Source: Haliotis cracherodii
Lineage: Eukaryota
Assembly (NCBI RefSeq): GCF_022045235.1
Contig: NW_027266341.1
Location: forward strand, 39,618,001-39,682,000
Direction of reading: 5' to 3'
DNA length: 64,000 bases
The position numbers and the translations under genes are program-made. Below are positions 53,601 through 64,000 of this stretch, piece after piece; within the stretch, counting starts at the first letter, position 1; every line of letters starts with the position of its first letter. The notes beneath the pieces were generated by a model that saw only the letters and a program-made list of their open reading frames with translations, did not search any database and was not told the DNA's origin.

Positions 53601-55611
53601 TCAACAGATATGTTCCATATGGGATTATTACCGAACAGAAAGGGTTCTTGTGTGTTCTCAGACATAACATGCTTGAACATCTAGCATAATCCTCAACATT
53701 CCAAATGCAAATTAAATGGCTCCTCTGTTTTGAAATCAAGTTCAGACAAATAATTATTTTTCAAAGAGGTTCTTCTCCCAAGTACATTCTCAAGTACATT
53801 CCTCAACTGATAAAAAGAACTAGCCTGTTAACAGAAAATAACACTAACTTTTCAAACAACTCTTGAAAAACACTTCCAAATTTTCAGAAACAAAGTGGGA
53901 TTACTTGAGGAGACATTGGGTGAGAGATTTTGAACACATAATAAACATTATTAGGGCAACATACATTCAGCTTGGAAAATGTAGAAATGCCTGGTGCAAG
54001 TAAACCAGTGGATGAAAGGGAGAGGCCCAGAAAGCACATACCTATATTATAATGATAGGAACACCATGAGTATTGACATAATCATTCAGTTACCACTCAT
54101 ATATTTCAACACAATGCATGAGGTATTGCATTTTCAAAAACATATTTACTCTTTCTACAAAATACACACCATGTGACAACCATTTGCTTTTCAAGAACTT
54201 GTTTTGAGATCTCCAATGAAAACAGAAACATTGGCTCCCAACAGAAACATACAAACATTCCCAAGCTATGTGTACAGTTCTTATGCTTGATTTCTATAAA
54301 AGAAATGCTGACGTGTGTATTGTGTCAATTAAAGGCTACCTATTCATAAGGATAAATATAATCTGAGTCGATTGGAAACAGATAAAACAACCATGATTAA
54401 TAGAGGAAAAAATACAAGTATGCTTCCATGCTTAGCTAATACAGAGTTGACACATTGCCATGAGTTAATGTAGTAATATAGTTTGGTTAAATTGTTAAAG
54501 AATATTTTAACTTTTCATCACTTGAAAGACTAATGATACAAAAATAATATGAACCCAACGCATTTTAACTTATGATACAGACACCAGAGCTCTAGATAAA
54601 CTGCATTATTTTCACAAAACATCCATTAAATGAACAAATGCCAAGTCAAATCAAATCCTAGCATATCCAATATACAACAAAAGCTATACATACGCTATTG
54701 AAATGAAATAATATTTATGTATAACTGTTAGATTATATAAATGTGTATCAGCTGACATTCATTTACAAACAGTTACATTCGGTAAAACGTGTGACAAACT
54801 CAAATACTGATAGATTCCATGTGAAAAGAACATCTGCCTAGTCAGTATCTTAAACAGTCGCTGAATGGTGTTTTTAAAAGTAGCGTCTAATGATCAACCA
54901 CCTTTCTGGCAATGATAAGTTTTAACAAAGATATGGCTTCCCGAACAGGACGTCGCAAGGAGACAGACACTCCAAAGAAAACTTCAAGAATGATTTACAT
55001 GGATTGTTACGAAACAGATTTTCAAATGTTAAGAAACAGGTGGGTAAAAAAACCTGAATACTCACTACAAAGTGTGGATACCCAATCAAAATCAAACCCA
55101 TTGGTAAAATACAAAAAAAACGAATAGCTTATCTAGATTCTCTGAAGCTAACCTGTGTTTTCTTTAATCATTAAAACATGTGAACATGTTGAACAGTACT
55201 TCAATTTAAGGGTGTTAATTCAAAATGCGTAGAAAAAAGTAATGCCTCTCGACTACACAGTAAAGTCAGCTAAAAAGGAACTAGCTGACTTGATCAAGAT
55301 TACTGAATACCTTACCGTTAACTCTTTGATGTTTACTTTGATATGGAGACTAATCCCTTCAAGGTCTTACACAATGTGTATTGTCTCACTTTCTCATATT
55401 TCCAGGGGATATTTCAGTCATATCAAACTAGTCCACTAATGCAAAATAACTAGATTTCGAGAGAAAACAACTTCCTCTAGCTATTTAACAGTCTCAGACT
55501 AACAGACTAGTGGCCATGTCTATCCTTGATTTGTGCATATTTGTGACCATACATATGCCACATGCATGCTCATAACTGAAATTCTGCATGTCAACAATCC
55601 ACATATCATAT

Positions 55612-55764
55612 ATATAAAATACTAAACGAGCTCCTGTGTAATACCAATTTTATGAAACGAGTGAATAGTTCTGGTATCTGACGAGTGAAAGCGAGTCAGA
55701 TACCACAACTATTCATGAGTTTCATAAAATTGGTTTTACACGAGAGCGAGTTTAGTATTTTATT
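55612..55764. repeat. ~150-bp imperfect hairpin, Crypton-type non-autonomous element end
   Basis: Arms ataaaatactaaac..accaattttatgaaac..gaatagtt.tggtatctgac pair with their complement around an acgagtgaaagcgagt centre. Confidence 0.65.
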
Positions 55765-57603
55765 TATAACTTGTCATTTATAATGTTTTTAGAATTATAC
55801 TGATGAGTGTAAATAGACTGACACCTACACGATACATGGCATAATCCAATGGAGCTTAACAGAATAATACTTCAAACACGTCAAAAGTTGAAACGTATGA
55901 ATTTAATATCATACAATAGTCCACCTTTAAAATTCAGGCGTTCGTCCCACAAAATTATCGTAGTGCTAAGGCTATCACAACTCACATAATTTAACTTAGA
56001 CTAACGACTGTCGTTGCGCTAGAGTACGATCGCCTTGCACCTCAAAGTTTACAATCACGTCACAATACCCGATGACGTAATTTGTTGAATCTTGTTGCAA
56101 GATCCATCCGCAAAACAATGCCATGTGACGTCAGCCTTGCAACAAGGTTGCTGGGGTCATCGAGTGTGCATACGCTGCTCCCAGTGATCTATCATCTCCA
56201 TACACAATGTGGTTGAATAAGCCAAGGGATGTTGAGAGCTTTCAATATTTGTTCGTGAAACGTGTTCCGAGAGTACATAAGCATGTGTTTTGGTATTACA
56301 CAATGTGTAATAAAGCTGTGTGTTTATTAAACGGGTGATCTCTTCACAGGCCAGTAATAAAATAAGTCTTGTCAACATTTCTGATTTCACTTTCAGTGTC
56401 TATATTTTGTCTACCGAGTAAATACAAACATACTTCCGCCAAACACATCCACCTTTTTACAGATGAAATAATTTCATTAATAGTAATTGTAGATGTTATT
56501 ACTTGTGTAACCTGAGAAAAAAATAAGAAAGAGAAAGAAACATTTCTTTCTCTTACTTTCTCTTACTATTTCTTTCTAGACAAAATCAAAACATTGTCTA
56601 ATAAGACAATAGTGAAATCATGAAGTGAGTGTTTCGGTCACAAGTATTAGCAATGTTTCAGTCATATAACTGGTGACATCAATGGTTTGCTTCACAACTG
56701 ACATTACACTGGGGAAGCCAACCGAAGGATTTGAACAGAGTGACTGACCTGCTTCATGGTACTGCCATCTGGAACTTTATTGCAATGTATAACAACATTA
56801 TGACGAGTCTGGTCAAGGGACATAACTCTAATTCTGCACATTTGAAGAAAAACTTTTGCCTATTTTAGATTTAAATATACAAAACCTGAAGAAAAAGAGA
56901 TCTTAAGACTCTTATTGCAAAAATTGGAATGGTGCTGACAAATCTGGAAACACAATACCAGGCTGGGATTCATACCCACGATCACTGGTGCAGCAGTGAA
57001 TTGCAGCATCTAAAGCCACCCTGACACTTGCACGATTTTTGTTCCCGCAATGGCTCGCACTTCGGCGTGCCAATGATTAAAGTCTTCGGGAACGAGCGTG
57101 AGGAGAGTGTGAGGAATGCGGGGATGCGTGCCATGTCGTAGAGAGTATTTCAAAATGTTCAAAAATTTGGCACGCATCAATTTCGTGCCATGTGCGTGCC
57201 ACTTGCGTGAACCATGCGTGAATACTGTACGTACTCGGCGCGAACACTGCCGACAGTGCGTGTCAATGCGTGCCATGGGAATCCACTACACGCTCTGACA
57301 CGCCATGCCACGCATGGGTCACGAACTGTCCACGTTGTGGGTGCGCCTGTTCGCGTCGCGTTCACGAGGAGTGATCGTGCGGTCGTTAGGGTGTTGTCAC
57401 GAGTTGTTCACGTATTCATGGAACGCCCAGCTCACGCATAGGTCGCGCACATCACGAACCATTCGCGCAATGCAGGAACTGCTCACGAAGTGTTTACGCA
57501 TTGTTCGCGCGTAGTTCCCGACCAATGAGCGACGACGGCGCTCGCGTCAGTGCGTATGTAAGCGGGTCCTGGTCATGCTGCAACTTGCCACCAAACGGAC
57601 AAC

Positions 57604-57950
57604 ATGCCTTACAAGGAGAAAGTCCGTATAAGAAGAGGAAGACCAGTGCAAAAAAGACAGGAAGAGGACAGGCCAGAGACAGAGAAAGAGACAGAGATTG
57701 CAGACAGGGAGAGGGATCTTTCTCCTCCTTCCTCCTGCTCAAGTGTGGAAGTTGTTCCACCGACACAACTTGAAGTATTTGCAGAGACTTAAATAGAACT
57801 GTCAAGTGAAGAAGAGCCCACAGTAAAACAGAAGAAGAGAATCAGAGTGTCCAAGGAGTATAAGTGAACAGATGAGGGTACCATGAAATTAGCAGAATAT
57901 GTAAAAGACTACCCACAGTTGTATGACAAGAGACAGACGGACTGGCTCAA
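57604..57950 (+). pseudogene. Harbinger second gene (MADF/Myb-SANT DNA-binding protein), 5' fragment with stops
   Basis: Acidic N-terminus from ATG 57604, then LAEYVKDYPQLYDKRQTDW, a MADF-type start. Cut by the deletion. Confidence 0.7.
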
Positions 57951-58560
57951 TGGGGCACCGCCCTCTGCCCCATCATCAACATACAAGAACTTATACCAAG
58001 CATCTGCAACAGTTATGAGTACAATGCTGTGGAAGCCCTTGTAATTATAATAGAGGGACCCTGCTTTGGGTGGCTTCTTCATAGCAACTTGCTTGTCATC
58101 CCCCAGACAGTTGTGGTAGTTCCATCTGGAGCTGAACATCTCAGCAACCTCCTTCCACTCTTCTTGAGATTTTGGGCAGCTGAGCACTTCGTCCTTGTAG
58201 ACCTCAATGATGGCTTTGCCCACCTCTGGTAAGAACTTGCAGATTGTACTTGCTTCAACTCTGAAGCTGTACTGTGGACTTGGATAGGAATTTCCAGTGA
58301 CTAGGAAGCGGAGGGTGGCAGCCAGCTTGAGTCCAACTTCAAGCGGTTCTCATGAATGTGGTCTGTTTCTTAAGGTGAGGGTTAACTTCACCATCTCTTG
58401 GAACAGTTCTGGTGTCATTCTCAGGTAATTCCTGTAGACTCTGGGATCTTCCTTAAGGAGTCCTGTCAATAGCTGATCATAATGTCAAAACTCATGTCGC
58501 CAACCACACTGTCCTTGCTTTCCTTGTTCTAGCTAGGGTTGTCTCTTCTTCTTTTTCATG
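57950..58560 (-). pseudogene. Harbinger/HARBI1-like DDE transposase, N-terminal half
   Basis: EPLEVGLKLAATLRFLVTGNSY..QYSFRV..STICKF, RWNYHNCLG(..)D.K, GSLYYNYKGFHSIVL..VADA.YKFLYVD.GA.G. Truncated at the deletion junction. Confidence 0.9.
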
Positions 58561-60570
58561 CTCTTCCTCTTGCTCTTGCTGCCTTTTCTCCTGCTCTTCA
58601 AGAAGTTATAGTTCTTCAGCTTCCAGATATAGACACCTTCTCTGTTCTGCAATAGCAGTGTCTCTGGTATTCAGCATGTTGTATCGTCCACAGCGAGTCG
58701 AGGAATGAAGCATCCATTTTATTTGGAGTTTATATACATACGCTAATAGCGAGATTTGAAGCGTGCCGCCAAGCGGGACAAAGTGGGACCAAAAATTGCC
58801 ACGCATGCGCGAAGTCGTCGGGGCAATGCGTGGAGATGCGGGAAAACAGCGGGAACTATGCGTGTCGTATGTGACACTGCGGGACATTGCGGTACGGTAG
58901 ACGTGAACAATGCGCGAACAATACTTTATCTATACGTAAACAAGTCGTGCCATTGCGTGCCAATGCGGCCCATTTTTGGCTGTGCATTGCGTAACTTATG
59001 CGTGTACAGTGCACGAAAAGGGCGCAAACGCGGCTTCACGCTCCGCTGCGTACCACCGAAATGCCACGCCTTGCCACGACGCATTGCGCTGCATTGCAGG
59101 GACAAAAATCGTGCAAGTGTCAGGGTGGCTTAAGACTACTGGGTCTACCGATTTCACAACATTCATCCAGGACTTTGTGATTTTGTTTTGAACATATACT
59201 GTATTCCCTTTCTGTACCTTGTTGGAAAATTTATACTGCTTGTTACAGGTAAATCAAAATAACATTACATCCCAACTACTTCACACATCCATACCAAATC
59301 TTAGTACTAGGAGCTGAAATTTCGACTTACCAAACAATAGTGTATATCAATACTACCAAATACATGTGTTTCCTATGATCAACATGTACATTCACTCTAG
59401 TAGGCAAGGTACTAATTAGTAAAATATCTGTCATGTATACACCACTGGCAAAGACATAGGCCTATGCCAAATACGACTGTGAAACTGAACATGTAGGCCG
59501 ATGGGACCATATATTTCTGTGAATTTGAAACACAATCTGACATAATCCCACAAACAACCAATAGCCACTGCAATAGAACAATCAGATCTATCTGAGATAA
59601 TATTCACACATTTTCTCAGCAAAATGATTCATGCTGATTCTCATCAGTGTAAACAATAATTCAAGTTGTCAGCAGACAGTCACACCACAGAGAATCATCA
59701 CACAATATTCAGAATAATTGACATGGGCAAAATCTAAATGCAACATATTTCAAATGAATATTATTAACATTTTTGACGAAAACATGTTCTTCAACAATTT
59801 CATAGCTATCATATTCAAAATTATTTCTCATTGTAAACTTTAACATGTGTAAACTAAAAGAATGATAGTTCAGCCCATATTCATGAATACAAAGGTGTTG
59901 ACAGTTCACTGTCAACTATGTCGGCTACTGCAGATAAACAATATTTGACTCCTTGCACTCCCAACATGAGACTAATGACACTGCAATGACAGCATTTGTG
60001 TACATACATTATTCAATACATGGAATATACAATCTACTACTGTCCATCATTCATGACTGTTTTATCAGATATGTTATCTGCATGATGATCTATAACCTCC
60101 AGGCTGTCACAAGTTAGGAGGCCTATATTTGTATCCCAAACTGTGCATAGTTATCACTGTAATTAAGTCATGCATATTTCACACCTTCACTCACTATAAT
60201 TGTCCTACACACGCTAAAAAATTAGCAGCAAAAGTAACATGATGTATCTCAATAACACAGTACTTAATGAGTGGTCAAAGGTCACCAGCATTTAGTAAAC
60301 ATTGACACCATATGAACAGTAGTACCTGTATCAAATTCAATGATGGTGAATAATATTAGGGCATCAGTTCACTTGGTGAACATAAGTTCAAGCAATATTT
60401 CTGCATATAATTTAAATGTCTTCATATTGCTCTTCTTTGATCAAAGGGAAGTAAGAATAGTGAATGGGATCCATTTATGAATATATTGTCAACATGGCTG
60501 ATGAAATTTTGACCCAAAAAATCAGGAATAGGGTTGAAACTGAAATACCCACATGCTCTTGCACTATACA

Positions 60571-60715
60571 GGGCGGTGGAGTAGCCTAGAGGTCAAAGGG
60601 TTTGCTCATTACGCTGAAGACCCAGGTTCCATTCCCCACATGGGCACAATATGTGAAGCCCATTCCTGGTGTCCCTGGCGCGATATTGCTGAAAGATTGC
60701 TAAAGGCAGCAGTCA
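60571..60715 (+). mobile_element. tRNA-headed SINE, same family as 1471-1633
   Basis: gggcggtggagtagcctagagg...ggttccattccccacatggg. Imperfect TSD ctcttgca(c/t)tatac. Confidence 0.88.
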
Positions 60716-61887
60716 CTCTTGCATTATACTGTCACAAGATAGGTGTACAACCTGGAACATTGCAAAAATCTGTCGCATATTCCTCGGATTGTCTACTTTG
60801 GGGTTGTCGAGATGTTGATTTAGTGCAGTTTAACATGTGAACTGACAGTGACAAGGAAGGTAGAGAAGGTATGAAATACTTCTATGATAACAGACCCTTG
60901 CACACTGTATACAAAATGACAAGGTGCCAACTCCATAGCTTAATGATGCCTAGTCATGTTTTCAGAGCATCTGAGAATCATACAATTCTAAATTCAAATA
61001 AGAAACAGACATCAACATGATCAATATTACAGAAATAGTAACATGGTCTAAAACTATCCAGTAACCACTGTATACCTGGTTCCTTAAGTCACAATATCAA
61101 TGTTAACATCATACATGCTATTTAAATATTTCATAATAAATTGTTATCATGAACGTGATTGACAAACATGAAACAAACATGAAACAGTCACCAACCACAG
61201 CACCACTGAATCCTTCCCAACATGAAAGTATGTTTGTTCTATGCACTCCTACCAAGTAACATGTACACTAAGAGTAAGACATTAATAACCAAACAAATCA
61301 ATTACTGGAATTGACTGTGATAATGCAACCTGTAACCTGATGCAGACAACATCAGCAAGTGCAGGCACATCAAGTCGAAGTGCTTTCTCAATCAATAACA
61401 ATTCTTCCATCATTCTGCTCAGAGTGTCCTAGATAGCTGCTACCCTGCTGCAAGTAGCTCCCACAACAGTAATGAGTCAAGTACTGATGACTGTACACAC
61501 TGTCTTACATCATGCTTAGTATTTGCATAACTGAACTACCACAAGACACACCACGGGATACATTCTGCCCTTCATGTTCCTACAAGAGAAGTTAATCACG
61601 GACAACTTGGAAAACCTGCTGCTTGTCACACACTTCGTATCTTTCTATCAGAGAATATCAGTACAATAAATTTTAAGTACAAGTACAATATTGTACATGT
61701 TGTACCAAATCAAACTTCGATATTGCTCTTCATCCCGTTTAATAATCCTTTGAATGTTTAAACATTAATAAAAGAGACTTGTATAGAATATGAAATATTT
61801 TGATACTAGATCTCAGAATGAGTGAGTATGGTATTATGCAACTTTTAGCCATATTCCAGCAATATCATGGCGAGCCAGTCAGTCCAA

Positions 61888-62140
61888 GTTAGTATGTTTG
61901 TTTCACACTGCATGCAGTCACATTCCAGCCATATGACGGCGGTCTGTAAGTAATCGAGTTTGGACCAGACAATTCAGTGAATGACATCATGAGCATCGAT
62001 CCATGCAATTTGGATACAATGACATGCATGAACCAAGTCAGCAAGTCTGACCACCTGATCATGTTAGTCGTCACTTACAACAAGCATAGAAGCCTCTTAC
62101 GACAATTATGGGTTGGTGAAGACCTATTCTAACCCAGATA
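61888..62140 (-). mobile_element. Same retroposon family, diverged copy
   Basis: Reverse complement reads atctgggttagaataggtcttcaccaaccc...gtcgtaagagg...gactaac. Confidence 0.8.
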
Positions 62141-63055
62141 ACCAAAGCAAGATATTTCACATCCAGGGATCAAGTGCATTACGCACTGCAGTAGAGTTCA
62201 TTCATACATGATGCCTGCATTAGGTCAGTAAGAAAAGATCTATAAAGTATTAAAGACCTACATGTTAAGAAGCAGGCTGAAACTACATTGAGTTATTATG
62301 CAGTATTGTTGATTGGGTTATGGTGAATTAATTTGTATATTTTACACAAATATGTAGCTAATATAGAGCTCAGTGGGTACCAATGAAAACCTCTATCAAC
62401 AAAGCTGCACCAATATCAAGTATCCATGGCCACCATTGACCTCCCTGTACAAACTAGAAATGATATAACAGGTACACAAGGAATAAAGGTATAAGGTAAC
62501 AGCTGCTTAATTAGTATATGTTCATTCATAAAATGTAGGGCAATTTTCACTGTATTCTCATATTAACATGTTATTACCTCTTCATCTACATAAAAAGTGT
62601 CCTCCACAATGCTGTTTCCATGAAATTATGTTCCACTACCTTGAAACAATTGGTAAGCTAAGCATCAAATAAGGTTTTTTCCCACTAAAAGGTTACATTC
62701 AAATATGTTAGATTCATTGTCTTTTCATGATGAATGAAACTTTGAGAGTCTTGATTATATGCAAAAGCAGCAAGTTTGAAATATCACTAAAATAACCAAG
62801 CCAATTCAAATAAAGTATTTTGACTGTATGAGCATATCAATAAAGTCATCTTCAGAATGGTTTTACAATTTCAAATGATCAACATCATATATCGGCGCAT
62901 TAGTTACCTCTGTCCCACAAGCTTTCACTATTACAATACATAAACATGACAATAAATGACTAACACACCAGGGTTTTGTTTCTATACTGAAGAATCTTAA
63001 TGTTTTGTCGTCTACTGACAATAGCAGTTACTTAATTTTGAGAAAGGTGAATTGG

Positions 63056-63123
63056 GAATAAGTACTTGAACAGGTGCTTCTTAATCAAGTTGATTCAAGA
63101 AGCACCTGTTCAAGTACTTATTC
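63056..63123. repeat. Inverted repeat with perfect 27-bp arms
   Basis: GAATAAGTACTTGAACAGGTGCTTCTT (63056-63082) and its exact reverse complement (63097-63123). Confidence 0.95.
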
Positions 63124-64000
63124 AATCGAGTAATACTTCACAGTTCCAACCCATCAAAACCAAAACATGAATTGTCACATGAAACCTAAAAGGACTGAAC
63201 TGTTACCTGTCATCTTTAGGAGCATCAAGGCAAACACTTTGTACAAAAGCCTTGTCATATGTCTAGCTTTGCATGATGTTAAACAATGTGAACTGTTAAT
63301 TCAATCCATTCAATTTCAAGGAGTAATAAACCTAAAAAATAAATATTGATAATAAAAGACTGTATATTTGATGCAAATAGAACCCTAGAATTCATTGACA
63401 TTGTAATACAAAACATTTAGATAAATATGACAATTTTAAGGAGCAAAAGGTAAGTTTAATTAGCAGTGCCAACGTATATATTCATAAAATTGGGTCAGGT
63501 TAGTTTGCTCCAATTTGTGTCAGTGTCCCGCACCAGTACCTCAGCCCAGACCAATGCACACAACACTTGTCTTCATAACGCATATGTAATCACGGAAAGC
63601 TTGGATACTTAAAGAGCACACTTCATTTAAATTACTGATATGTACCACAACAATTCAAGGGAAGTTGATGCATGAATTCAGTATGTCAGCCGAGTGACAA
63701 CATTCCGAGACAATATGGCGGCCATTTTCTACAGACAGCTGAGAAAAGGATTCAATGCGTGTAATTTTTTTTCGACATCTGAAGTTTGACTTTAGTGGGT
63801 GAAAGATATGATATTAGGTGTTGTATCGGTCCATTTTCATCTTTCATTTCTATGCCTGCAAAGTTGTCTGATCTCTGAGCCTGGATTGAGACCACTGGTG
63901 TGATTGAAAATGCGATTTACATTCAAAATTGTCCCATCCCATAACGATGCATAGATGTATATATATAATAAAGGTGAATATTCCACATTTCTTTAAAATA

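Larger units (their letters stand above)
57014..59130 (-). mobile_element. PIF/Harbinger DNA transposon, internally deleted, 2117 bp
   Basis: TIRs AGCCACCCTGACACTTGCACGATTTTTGT.. are perfect for 29 bp. TAA TSD at 57011-57013 and 59131-59133. Contains convergent transposase and MADF fragments. Confidence 0.95.

Noticed and set aside
55676-55700. CTGACGA..GAAA hammerhead-like core
   Set aside because: No stem II separates CUGACGA from GAAA, and there is no stem I/III with an NUH site. It is just the centre of a DNA palindrome.
57010-57600. Cluster of Arg/Cys-rich ORFs (also 58606-59191)
   Set aside because: These are by-products of GC-rich Harbinger subterminal sequence with no recognisable domains.
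63700-63730. AATATGGCGGCC YY1-like motif as the gene promoter
   Set aside because: It is a single motif, common in DNA transposons, with no other promoter evidence.

Overview
AT-rich metazoan genomic DNA, most likely a gastropod mollusc. The SINE families resemble abalone/Haliotis repeats, but that is inference. The window lies within the 5' half of one minus-strand gene, an AF4/FMR2-family super-elongation-complex scaffold (lilli/AFF4-like). Six phase-compatible coding exons can be reconstructed: 38327-38219, 26636-25662, 25222-25175, 24258-24163, 19979-19946 and 2999-2942. There is also a candidate start-codon exon (43146-43085) and a candidate 21-nt microexon (34201-34181). The gene continues beyond base 1. 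The introns hold two decayed DIRS tyrosine-recombinase retrotransposons, an internally deleted PIF/Harbinger, Tc1 relics, several ~0.7-1.1 kb TA-flanked MITEs, tRNA-headed and Meta/MESC-like SINEs, and hairpin elements. The best leads are: (1) a frame-preserving microexon with an upstream UGC that splits the predicted cyclin-T-binding segment; (2) a tandem-AUG exon whose two starts each fit a different splice isoform; (3) a headless retroposon that starts at a pseudoknot-forming, ribozyme-like RNA motif; (4) one MITE core sequence carried between four different kinds of transposon ends. No prokaryotic features or CRISPR arrays were found. All family calls are by eye, without database searches.
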